A stretch of DNA of 32,684 nucleotides from Mycobacterium sp. (GCA_035642315.1 DASQSQ010000093.1:1-32684), one strand, 5' to 3'; shown: positions 16,163 to 25,031, counted from the stretch's first letter. Program-made: numbers and translations. Notes: generated by a model not told the origin, from the sequence alone.

Positions 16163-17325
16163 CCGACACCAGCTTCATCGAAAACGAAGAGCGCCAGGCG
16201 CTGCGCAAGTCCGTGTCCGCGTGGGCGTCCAATTATGGCAGCGAGTACTACCTGAAGAAGGCCCGTGCTCACGAACACACCGACGAATTGTGGTCCGAGG
16301 CAGGAAAACTCGGCTTCCTCGGGGTGAACCTCCCGGAAGAATACGGCGGCGGCGGTGCCGGGATGTACGAGTTGTCGCTGGTGATGGAGGAGATGGCGGC
16401 CGCGGGTAGCGCGCTGCTGCTGATGGTGGTATCGCCCGCCATCAACGGCACGATCATCAGCAAGTTCGGCACCGACGAGCAGAAGAAGCGGTGGATTCCC
16501 GGCATCGCCGACGGCTCGCTGACGATGGCATTCGCCATCACCGAACCGGACGCCGGATCCAACTCACACAAGATCACCACCACCGCCCGTCGTGACGGTG
16601 GTGACTGGATCCTCAAGGGCCAGAAGGTTTTCATCTCCGGCATCGACCAGGCGCAGGCCGTGCTGGTCGTCGCGCGCAGCGAAGAAGCTAAAACCGGCAA
16701 GCTGCGGCCGGCGCTGTTCGTCGTGCCCACCGATGCACCCGGCTTCACCTACACCCCAATCGAAATGGAGCTGATCAGCCCCGAGCGGCAGTTCCAGGTC
16801 TTCCTCGACGATGTCCGGCTGCCGAGCGACGCTCTCGTCGGCGCCGAAGATGCCGCGATCGCACAGCTTTTCGCCGGGCTAAACCCCGAGCGCATCATGG
16901 GCGCCGCCAGCTCCGTCGGCATGGGACGGTTTGCGCTCGACAAGGCTGCAGATTATGTCAAGACCCGCCAGGTGTGGGGAACGCCGATCGGCTCGCACCA
17001 GGGTTTGTCACATCCGTTGGCGCAGTGCCACATTGAGGTTGAGCTGGCAAAGCTGATGATGCAGAAGGCGGCGACGCTCTACGACAGCGGTGACGACATG
17101 CGGGCGGCCGAGGCAGCCAACATCGCCAAATACGCTGCCGCGGAGGCTGCGACGCGCTCGGTGGACCAAGCCGTGCAGTCCATGGGCGGCAACGGTCTGA
17201 CCAAGGAGTATGGCGTTGCGGCCATGCTGGCGTCCGCCCGGTTGGGTCGCATCGCGCCGGTGAGCCGGGAGATGGTGCTCAACTTCGTGGCGCAAACGTC
17301 GCTGGGCCTGCCCCGGTCGTACTGA
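16159..17325 (+). CDS. fadE12: Acyl-CoA dehydrogenase FadE12
   Basis: FAITEPDAGS, KGQKVFISG and SMGGNG motifs; synteny. Confidence 0.9.
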   Translation: MTDTSFIENEERQALRKSVSAWASNYGSEYYLKKARAHEHTDELWSEAGKLGFLGVNLPEEYGGGGAGMYELSLVMEEMAAAGSALLLMVVSPAINGTIISKFGTDEQKKRWIPGIADGSLTMAFAITEPDAGSNSHKITTTARRDGGDWILKGQKVFISGIDQAQAVLVVARSEEAKTGKLRPALFVVPTDAPGFTYTPIEMELISPERQFQVFLDDVRLPSDALVGAEDAAIAQLFAGLNPERIMGAASSVGMGRFALDKAADYVKTRQVWGTPIGSHQGLSHPLAQCHIEVELAKLMMQKAATLYDSGDDMRAAEAANIAKYAAAEAATRSVDQAVQSMGGNGLTKEYGVAAMLASARLGRIAPVSREMVLNFVAQTSLGLPRSY

Positions 17326-18122
17326 TGGACAGGCTGGTCGAGTACGCCGTCGACAAGCACGTCGCTCGCCTCACGCTGAACTCACCGCACAACCGCAACG
17401 CGCTTTCCACGACCCTGGTCAACCAACTGCACCAGGGCCTGCGCGACACGGCCGCCGATCCGGCGGTGCGGGCGGTGGTGCTCGGCCACACCGGGAATAC
17501 CTTCTGCGCGGGCGCCGACCTGTCGGAAGGGTCGGCAACGACGGGTGCCGATCCGGCCGAGATGGCCGCCGGACGCGCCAGGGAGATGGCCGCGCTACTG
17601 CGTGCGATCGTGGAGTCGCCGCTGCCGGTGATCGTCGCCGTCGACGGCCATGTCCGTGCCGGCGGCATGGGGCTGGTCGGCGCCTGCGATATCGCCGTCG
17701 CCGGTACGCGCAGCACCTTCGCGTTGACCGAGGCCCGGATCGGAGTCGCGCCGGCGATCATCTCGCTGACGCTGCTGCCGAAGATGTCCGCCCGCGCCGC
17801 CGCCCGCTACTACGTGACCGGCGAGACGTTCGACGCCACCACTGCCGCCGCGATCGGGCTGGTCACGATAGCCACCGACGATGTCGACGCCGCGGTTGCC
17901 TCGCTCGTCGCGGACATCGGACGGGCTTCACCGCAGGGGTTGGCCGCGTCCAAAGCACTGACCACCGCCGCCATCCTGGACGGCTTCGATCGTGACGCCG
18001 AGCGGCTCAGCGCCGAGTCGGCGCGACTGTTCGTCTCGGACGAGGCACGTGAGGGCATGCTCGCTTTCCTGCAGAAACGTGCGCCACAGTGGGCCGCCCA
18101 GCAGGGAAGCGACACAGTTTAG
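17325..18122 (+). CDS. echA7: Enoyl-CoA hydratase EchA7
   Basis: RNALS, FCAGADL, AGGMGLVGACD and EAREGMLAFLQKR motifs. Confidence 0.9.
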   Translation: MDRLVEYAVDKHVARLTLNSPHNRNALSTTLVNQLHQGLRDTAADPAVRAVVLGHTGNTFCAGADLSEGSATTGADPAEMAAGRAREMAALLRAIVESPLPVIVAVDGHVRAGGMGLVGACDIAVAGTRSTFALTEARIGVAPAIISLTLLPKMSARAAARYYVTGETFDATTAAAIGLVTIATDDVDAAVASLVADIGRASPQGLAASKALTTAAILDGFDRDAERLSAESARLFVSDEAREGMLAFLQKRAPQWAAQQGSDTV

Positions 18123-18168
18123 CCAACTTCCCTTGCAGCAAATTCTGATCGTCGTACGCTCGTAGCTG

Positions 18169-18771
18169 ATGAGCAATTCTGCGCAGCGGGGCGTGCCAGA
18201 ACAGCGGAACGCCACGACGCGTGCCGCCGATACCGACCGCATTCAGGTCGCCCAGTTGCTGACTGATGCCGCCGCACAGGGCCGCCTGCAGATGAGCGAC
18301 TACGAAGACCGGCTCACCAGGGTATACGCGGCGCAGACCTACGACGAGTTGGATAATCTGCGCTCCGACCTGCTGGGGTCGTCGGTGAGCCCGCAACGCG
18401 GCGGCGCCACCAAACCCGCGCCGTCGATGCTGCTGCTGGCCATTATGAGTGCGTTCGAGCGGCGCGGCCGATGGAACGTTCCGAAGAAGTTGACCACGTT
18501 CGCGTTGTGGGGTGGCGGCGTGATCGACCTCCGCTACGCCGACTTCACCTGCACCGAGGTCGAGATCCACGCGACCTCGATCATGGGCGGACAAACCATC
18601 CTGCTGCCCCCCGAAGTCAACGTTGAGATCAAGGGCCACGGCGTGATGGGTGCGTTCGATCACCAGGTTGCCGGCGAAGGCACCCCGGGCGCCCCGACCG
18701 TCAAGATCCGTGGTTTCGCACTGTGGGGCGGCGTCGGTATCAAGCGGAAAAACCGCCAGACGCAGCAGTAG
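18169..18771 (+). CDS. DUF1707 (SHOCT-like) domain protein (Rv0966c homolog)
   Basis: RAADTDR...AAAQGRL...YEDRL DUF1707 motif; C-terminal beta-rich WGGGVIDLR...MGG domain. Confidence 0.87.
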   Translation: MSNSAQRGVPEQRNATTRAADTDRIQVAQLLTDAAAQGRLQMSDYEDRLTRVYAAQTYDELDNLRSDLLGSSVSPQRGGATKPAPSMLLLAIMSAFERRGRWNVPKKLTTFALWGGGVIDLRYADFTCTEVEIHATSIMGGQTILLPPEVNVEIKGHGVMGAFDHQVAGEGTPGAPTVKIRGFALWGGVGIKRKNRQTQQ

Positions 18772-18784
18772 GCGTCGGCGAAAA

Positions 18785-18826
18785 GGCCAGTTCACAGCGG
18801 CTATAAGTGACTGGCCGACGGTTTTT
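18785..18826 (+). terminator. Probable intrinsic terminator after the DUF1707 gene
   Basis: GGCCAG(T)TCAC...GTGACTGGCC stem followed by GACGGTTTTT. Confidence 0.5.
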
Positions 18827-18845
18827 CGTATGGGATACTTGGGCG

Positions 18846-19175
18846 ATGGCGGACAAATTGCGGGTCGATCCCACAGCATTGTCTCAGGCCGGCAATGAGG
18901 TGGCTAACCACGGCGAGGATCTGCTGGCCCGTCAGCAGTCATGTCACGGCGAGGCCGCAGGCGCGCACTCCGGATGGGTGGGCTCCTCAGCGGGTGCGTT
19001 GTCAAGCCTGTTGGACGGCTGGGAGACGACCAGCGACGCCCATTTTCGCCGCTTCGGAAAGCATTCGACCGACATGCACTTCCTCGCTGTCGATTTCGCG
19101 GACACGGAGGACCGCAATGTCGAGGCGGTGCGCAGGGTCGGCGAGGCGCTCGGTGGTCAGAGTCCGCGCCGGTAA
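18846..19175 (+). CDS. WXG100/ESAT-6-like small helical protein (Rv0965c-like)
   Basis: 109 aa; LRVDP N-terminus, central WVG motif, C-terminal FADTED (F/YxxxD/E-like). Confidence 0.82.
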   Translation: MADKLRVDPTALSQAGNEVANHGEDLLARQQSCHGEAAGAHSGWVGSSAGALSSLLDGWETTSDAHFRRFGKHSTDMHFLAVDFADTEDRNVEAVRRVGEALGGQSPRR

Positions 19176-20866
19176 TGGCGTTGACCCTGGCCGACATTGA
19201 ACGCTGGAGCCCGGAGGCCATCAACACCGTTTTTCAGGCGGCGATCAAACGTGCGCACGGCACCCGCACCGCGTCGGCGGCGCTCGGCCAAACCATGCAA
19301 TTCCTCGATTGGGGCGGCGATAGCGCTGACGCGGCACACGCCGCGACGCATCGCACCATGCTGAACCTCGACAGCCACGCCGATGCGTGTGATGCCGTCG
19401 GCGGGGCCGCGGATAAGGCGGCCGGGGAGGTTGCTGCGATCAAGGCCCGGCTCAAGGGGATCCAGAACACCGCCCGCGCTTACCACCTGACCATCGACGA
19501 GAACACCGGGACGGTAAGCCTGCCGGAGAATCTGTCGTCGTACTCCGCGGCCGATCAGAGCGAGATCGAGGCTGCGTGGCTTCGGGTTGCCCAGGCGATT
19601 ACGCAACTGCTGGCCGACGCCCACACGGCTGACGAGGATCTGGCCGCGGCCATCCGCGGCGCCGACGGCGATTTGTCGCCGGACCAAGTCAATGCCGAAA
19701 CCTCGCACGAGCCACCGAAAATGCCGAAGGTGCCGCCGCCGGGCACGGCGCCCGCGGACGTCAACAAGTGGTGGGATTCTCTGACGCCCGCACAACAAGA
19801 CCGCGTCAAAGACTGGTTCCCGCAATCGATCCGCAACCTCGACGGCATCCCGACCAACATCAGAAATGAACTCAATCTCCCTGTGCTGCAAAGCGAGATC
19901 ACCCGGCTGCAAAGCGGCTGGCTCGACGGTAACGGCGTCTGGCATACCGACACCGCCAAACTGAACGACCTGACACATCTGCGGGACGCCCTGGCGAACA
20001 ATCCCGATACCAGCCTGATACTGCTGGACACCACTAGTAACCCGAACAAGGTGCTCGCCGCGGTCGGAGTGGGCGACGTCGACAACGCCGAACGCGTCGG
20101 CGTCACCGTTGGTGGCCTGAACACCCGCGTCAGCTCCAGCGTGGACGAGATGGTCCGGGAAGCCGAAGCCCAGCGTCGCGAGGCAACCACCTTACGTACG
20201 AAAGCGAATATGGCGGATCCCAAGGCGGTGGCGTCCATCGCCTGGCTCGGCTACGACGCGCCCGACAGTCTGGTGGGCGTCACTCACGACTATCTCGCCC
20301 ACGACGCGGCGGGGCCGCTGAACAGCTTCTACAAGGGCTTGGCCGCGACCACCAATGTTTCGGATCAGCACATCACCGCGTTCGGCCATTCCTACGGTTC
20401 GCTGGTCACCAGTTTGGCGCTGCAGCAGGGCGCGCCCGTGGGCGACGTCGTGCTCTACGGCTCCCCCGGCACCGAGCTCACCAACGTGTCGCAATTGGGA
20501 GTTCAACCGGGGCATGCGTACTACATGATCGGTGTCAACGATCACGTCTCCGACATCATCCCCGAATTCGGCGCCTTCGGCCCCGCGCCGCAAGACATGC
20601 CCGGATTTACTCAACTGTCGGTCAACACCGGCATCGGCCCCGGCGATAGCGTGCTGCATGAACGCGCCTGGGGCCACTCCGAATACGCGCGCGATGGCAG
20701 CAACAATCAGCTTCGCATGAGCGGATACAACATGGCCGCCGTGCTGTCCGGTGTGCCCGACGACAAGCACTATCTCGTCCCGCCGCCCGTGTTACCACCG
20801 CCGACGATTCCCAGCGGACCGGGACCGTTCGGGTTACCGATCCCCAACCCCGACTACCACCCGTGA
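19175..20866 (+). CDS. Alpha/beta hydrolase (DUF1023/Abhydrolase_8-like) with N-terminal WXG-like helical domain; putative type VII effector
   Basis: 563 aa from ATG 19175 (TAATG overlap). LTLADIERW, WGG, IRNLDGIP, WLGYDAP, GHSYGS nucleophile elbow, YGSPG, GHSEY, Pro-rich tail; no Sec signal peptide. Confidence 0.85.
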   Translation: MALTLADIERWSPEAINTVFQAAIKRAHGTRTASAALGQTMQFLDWGGDSADAAHAATHRTMLNLDSHADACDAVGGAADKAAGEVAAIKARLKGIQNTARAYHLTIDENTGTVSLPENLSSYSAADQSEIEAAWLRVAQAITQLLADAHTADEDLAAAIRGADGDLSPDQVNAETSHEPPKMPKVPPPGTAPADVNKWWDSLTPAQQDRVKDWFPQSIRNLDGIPTNIRNELNLPVLQSEITRLQSGWLDGNGVWHTDTAKLNDLTHLRDALANNPDTSLILLDTTSNPNKVLAAVGVGDVDNAERVGVTVGGLNTRVSSSVDEMVREAEAQRREATTLRTKANMADPKAVASIAWLGYDAPDSLVGVTHDYLAHDAAGPLNSFYKGLAATTNVSDQHITAFGHSYGSLVTSLALQQGAPVGDVVLYGSPGTELTNVSQLGVQPGHAYYMIGVNDHVSDIIPEFGAFGPAPQDMPGFTQLSVNTGIGPGDSVLHERAWGHSEYARDGSNNQLRMSGYNMAAVLSGVPDDKHYLVPPPVLPPPTIPSGPGPFGLPIPNPDYHP

Positions 20867-21543
20867 GGCCGACCGTGCGCCAACTGATCGCCGCGCTTCT
20901 CGGAGTCGCCGTCCTGCTCGCAGGGTGCATGAAACCGAACACCCTTGACCCGTACGCCAATCCGGGGCGCAAGGAATTGGACCGTCGGCAAAAGATCGTG
21001 AACGATCGGCCCGATCTGGAAACCGTCGTGCAGCAACTCGCCAACCTCAACAACGCGATCGATGCGGCGATCGCGAAATATTCACCGCAGACTCAGTTCT
21101 CGTCAAACAAGGTCGACCAGTCGACGAATGGCTGCGATGATCCGTTCAACCGCTCCATCGGTCGGCAAGAAAAGAGTGACGACTACTTTGGCAAACCTGC
21201 TCCCACCCCTGGGCAGTGGGCGCAGATCGTTACCGAGCTGGCTCCGGTGTTCAAAGCCGCGGGCTTCAAGACTGAGCGGGAATACGCTGCTGCACAAGGT
21301 GTTCCGATCCCGCCCGATGTTGAAAACGACTCCCAGCTGCGCGACGACGGGGTACGAATAGACCTCGTCGGTGGAATTAATGGTGGCCCGATGAATTACT
21401 CCTACAACACCGGTTGCCATCTGCCGGCCGCCTGGCGCACCGCACCGCCACCGCCAAACATGCGGCCCGGTAACGATCCGGACATTCACTACCCGTACCT
21501 GTATGGGTCACCGGGTGGTCGAACCGGCGAAGCTTTCGGCTGA
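20863..21543 (+). CDS. lprP: LprP/LppA-family lipoprotein (Rv0962c homolog)
   Basis: Lipobox LLAG-C, KPNTLDPYANPGR, RPDLE, NGC...TGCHLP; GTGA overlap with the hydrolase stop. Confidence 0.85.
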   Translation: MRPTVRQLIAALLGVAVLLAGCMKPNTLDPYANPGRKELDRRQKIVNDRPDLETVVQQLANLNNAIDAAIAKYSPQTQFSSNKVDQSTNGCDDPFNRSIGRQEKSDDYFGKPAPTPGQWAQIVTELAPVFKAAGFKTEREYAAAQGVPIPPDVENDSQLRDDGVRIDLVGGINGGPMNYSYNTGCHLPAAWRTAPPPPNMRPGNDPDIHYPYLYGSPGGRTGEAFG

Positions 21544-21547
21544 GCAA

Positions 21548-23533
21548 CTACCGCCGGCGGCGGGCTCGCAGATAATCGCCCACCACAGCCGCGCCCAGGC
21601 CGTCGAGATCGGGAACTACAACCCGGCCCTCGACGCGGCGGGCAACCTGATCGATGAACCGGGCCAGCCCGGGATCGCTGCCCAACCGGAAGATGGTCAC
21701 CTGCGCGCCCAGCCGCGCCATGTCGTCGAAGCCGCGCACGGTATGAGCGATGGTCCGTGGATGCGGCGGATAATCAAAAAACACCGAAGACCCATCGCCG
21801 TCAACGTCTTCCAGATGCGCCGTCGGCTCGCCATCAGTGACCACTAGCAGGACGGGCTGGGCGTTGGGGTGCCGACGTAGATGCCGGCCGGCCAGCGCCA
21901 GCGCGTGATGCAGGTTGGTGCCCTGCTCGTACACACCTTCCAGGCCCATCAGCTCCGCGCTGGTCATCGTACGCGCGTAACGACCAAAGGCGATGATCTG
22001 CAATGCATCCGAACGAAATCGGGTGCGCACCAAGTGGTCGAGCGCCAGCGCGGTGCGCTTCATCGGCAGCCAGCGATTCTCCATCACCATCGAGAACGAC
22101 GTGTCGACCAACAGCGCCACCGCGGCCTGTGTCCGCGTCTCGGTCTCGGAGACCTCGACATCGTCGACGGTGATTGTGATGGCTGCGTTCGGGCCGTCTA
22201 GCGTTGACGTTCCGGCCTGCCGCAGCACGGCATTGGTCAGCGTCCGGGTGACGTTCCACGGTTCGGTGTCGCCGAACTGCCAGGGCCGGGTGGCGCCGGT
22301 CAGCTCGCCGGCGGCGCCGGCGCGCCGGTGATCGCGTTCACCGCGACGCCCGGAAAGTTGTTGTGCCACATCATGCAAAGCCGTCTCGCCCAGCCTACGC
22401 ATCGCCTTCGGCGACAACCGCCATTGGCCGTCCGAGCTACGGTCCAGGAAGCCCTGATTGACCAGCGCCCGCTCGAGCTCGTTGAGTGTCTGCGCGTCGA
22501 TGGCGGCCTGATCGCCGAGCTGGCGCGCCAGCGCGTCGAGGTCGACATCGTCCATGGTTGCACCGGGATAACTCTGCGACAGTTGCTCGGCCAGTTGCTC
22601 GAGCTCGCCGATATCGGCCAGCGCCTGGGCGCCCTCACCCATCCCCAGCGGGTTGTCGCCGGAGAACTGCGCCGACCCCTCCCAGTCCTCGCCGGGCCGG
22701 GCCGCCTGCAGGTGGGCATCGAGTCGGTCCAGCGCCTGCATTAGGGCCGGCGACCCGAATGCTTGCTGCGCCAATGCATCCAGCTCGGCGCGCTGGTCCG
22801 GGCTCAGGCTGTTGCGGAACCGCTGCGCCGCGGCAGCGCGCTTGGCCAGCGAGTCCAGCAGCTCGTCGACATTTTGCGGGTTCTCCGGGAAGAACTCGCC
22901 GTGCTTGTCCATGAAGTCGTCGAAATCTTGCTGGGTGTCCTCGCCGCGAGCGTGCTTGTCCAACAAGTCGTTCAGATCATTGAGCATTTCGTTGACGCGC
23001 TGACGGTCCTCGTCGGTGGCACCTTCGAGCGCCTGCTTCATGCCGGCGAAGCGCTGATCGAGCATCTCACGCCCGAGCAGATCCTTGATCTGCTCGTATT
23101 TTTCCCGCGCCTCGCTGCTGCGCCAGTCGTAGTCGGAGAGCTCCTGCACCGCTTTGGCCGGCGACGGCGAGAGCGCATCCAGTTGCAGCTCACCGAATCG
23201 CGCGTCGTCGTCCAACGCGCGGGCCAGAGCCTTGCGCTCGGCCAGCACCGCCTCGTCGAGAAGCTTTTTGATCTCTTGCAGAGTCCCATCTAAGTTGTTG
23301 TTGCGCAACAGGTCTCGTCGCCGGCGATTGGCCTCGGCGGCCAGTCGATCGGCCCCGGGCATGTTCTTGGTGCCTCGACGGAGCAGCTCGGACAGCGCCC
23401 GGCGCGGCGAGGTGCCCGCCATGACGTCCTGCCCGATCTGCTCGAGGGCCTCGCGCAGGTCCACCGGCGGAGCCAGGGGGTCGGGCCCGCCGGTGTACGC
23501 CGAATACCGCGACGAGTGACCACCTTTAGCCAT
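21548..23533 (-). CDS. VWA domain-containing protein (Rv0959 homolog)
   Basis: LLVDTSFSM MIDAS motif, GTN and VVTDGEPT motifs. ATG 23533 overlaps the ATPase gene end. Confidence 0.88.
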   Translation of the reverse strand: MAKGGHSSRYSAYTGGPDPLAPPVDLREALEQIGQDVMAGTSPRRALSELLRRGTKNMPGADRLAAEANRRRRDLLRNNNLDGTLQEIKKLLDEAVLAERKALARALDDDARFGELQLDALSPSPAKAVQELSDYDWRSSEAREKYEQIKDLLGREMLDQRFAGMKQALEGATDEDRQRVNEMLNDLNDLLDKHARGEDTQQDFDDFMDKHGEFFPENPQNVDELLDSLAKRAAAAQRFRNSLSPDQRAELDALAQQAFGSPALMQALDRLDAHLQAARPGEDWEGSAQFSGDNPLGMGEGAQALADIGELEQLAEQLSQSYPGATMDDVDLDALARQLGDQAAIDAQTLNELERALVNQGFLDRSSDGQWRLSPKAMRRLGETALHDVAQQLSGRRGERDHRRAGAAGELTGATRPWQFGDTEPWNVTRTLTNAVLRQAGTSTLDGPNAAITITVDDVEVSETETRTQAAVALLVDTSFSMVMENRWLPMKRTALALDHLVRTRFRSDALQIIAFGRYARTMTSAELMGLEGVYEQGTNLHHALALAGRHLRRHPNAQPVLLVVTDGEPTAHLEDVDGDGSSVFFDYPPHPRTIAHTVRGFDDMARLGAQVTIFRLGSDPGLARFIDQVARRVEGRVVVPDLDGLGAAVVGDYLRARRRR

Positions 23534-24920
23534 AGACGGTCTCGCCTTCCCCGGACACCTTGTCGATACGCTTGGCCAAATACAGTGCCTCCAAAGCCAA
23601 TTCCAGCGCCGCGGCACGCTCGCCCTCGGATTCCGCACCGAGCCGCTTGGCAACCGCCTCGATGACCGGTAGATCCGGCAGCGCCGCCAGCACATTCTTC
23701 GCCGACACACGCTCACCCGTCGTCACCGCGGAACCGCCCTCGACCGCGGCCACCAGCGGACCGACGTCGAGGCCGCCGAGTGCTCTGGACGCGGTGTCGG
23801 CCGTGGCGCGGCGCAACAGGTGCTCGAGAACGGCTTGCTCGCGCCCTTCTTCGCCGGACTCGAACTCCAACTTGCCACGCAGCACGTCGATCACGGTGCC
23901 CAGATCGACCACCCGCGCAACCGGATCGGTCTCACCCAGCACCGCGCCGCGATGCCGCGCGGCGGCGGCAACCGTCTCGGCGGCCGCGATCGCGAACCGC
24001 GCCGAAACCCCGGAGCGCTGATCGACCGAGTTGGATTCTCGAAGGTAGCGGGCGAACCGGGCGATCACCTTGATCAAATGTTCGGGTACCTGGGCGCTCA
24101 GGTGCGCCTCTTGAAGAATCACTCCCACCTCGGCGTCGAGTTCCAGCGGGTAGTGCGTGCGGATCTCGGCGCCGAACCGGTCTTTGAGCGGGGTGATGAT
24201 GCGACCCCGGTTGGTGTAGTCCTCGGGGTTGGCGCTGGCGACCACCAACACGTCCAGCGGCAACCGCAGCGTGTAGCCGCGCACCTGAATGTCGCGCTCC
24301 TCCATCACGTTGAGCATCGACACCTGGATGCGCTCGGCCAGGTCGGGCAATTCGTTGACCGCGACGATGCCGCGATGCGCCCGCGGAATCAGGCCGTAGG
24401 CAATGGTCTCGGGGTCACCCAGACTCCGGCCCTCGGCGACCTTGATCGGGTCGATGTCGCCCACCAGGTCGGCGACGCTGGTGTCCGGGGTGGCCAGCTT
24501 CTCGGTGTAGCGCTCGCTGCGGTGCTTCCACTCGATCGGCAGGTCATCACCCAGCGTGGCGACCTTGCGGATCGCCTCCGGCGTGATCGGCGAGTAGGGA
24601 TGCTCGCCGAGTTCTGCGCCGGCGATCACCGGCGTCCACTCGTCGAGCAAGCCGACCAGTGCCCGCAGCAATCGGGTCTTGCCCTGACCGCGCTCACCGA
24701 GGAGCACGAAGTCGTGGCCCGCGATCAGCGCCCGCTCCAGCTGCGGCAGCACGGTGTCCTCGAAGCCCAGGATTCCCGGCCAGATCGCCTCACCATCTGC
24801 ACCTTCGGTGAGCCGGGCCAGCAGGTTTTCCCGGATTTCCTGTTTGACTCCCCGTTCACGGTGCCCGGCGGCACGTAGTTCGCCGACGGTGCGGGGCAAG
24901 TTGTTCGCTGCGGTCACCAC
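23526..24920 (-). CDS. Magnesium chelatase-like/MoxR-related AAA+ ATPase (Rv0958 homolog)
   Basis: Walker A GERGQGKT, variant Walker B IVAVNELPDL, ASANPEDY, LKDRF. Confidence 0.9.
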   Translation of the reverse strand: MVTAANNLPRTVGELRAAGHRERGVKQEIRENLLARLTEGADGEAIWPGILGFEDTVLPQLERALIAGHDFVLLGERGQGKTRLLRALVGLLDEWTPVIAGAELGEHPYSPITPEAIRKVATLGDDLPIEWKHRSERYTEKLATPDTSVADLVGDIDPIKVAEGRSLGDPETIAYGLIPRAHRGIVAVNELPDLAERIQVSMLNVMEERDIQVRGYTLRLPLDVLVVASANPEDYTNRGRIITPLKDRFGAEIRTHYPLELDAEVGVILQEAHLSAQVPEHLIKVIARFARYLRESNSVDQRSGVSARFAIAAAETVAAAARHRGAVLGETDPVARVVDLGTVIDVLRGKLEFESGEEGREQAVLEHLLRRATADTASRALGGLDVGPLVAAVEGGSAVTTGERVSAKNVLAALPDLPVIEAVAKRLGAESEGERAAALELALEALYLAKRIDKVSGEGETVYG

Positions 24921-24976
24921 ACCACGCTACGACGGTCGCCCGAATACGGCACCGCTGCCCGTCCTTTGAACGAGAC

Positions 24977-25007
24977 AGGCCGGGCAACCGCTTGGATTGC
25001 CCGGCCT
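24977..25007 (-). terminator. Hairpin, probable terminator of the LGFP lipoprotein gene
   Basis: Perfect 11-bp stem AGGCCGGGCAA/TTGCCCGGCCT with a 9-nt loop, about 25 nt past the stop. Confidence 0.65.
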
Positions 25008-25031
25008 TCCCGAGGTGAATGTCAGGGACTG

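Noticed and set aside
18941-19174. N-terminal extension of the hydrolase ORF
   Set aside because: Overlaps the WXG gene in another frame and is Arg-rich; the coupled ATG at 19175 gives the family-like LTLADIERW start.
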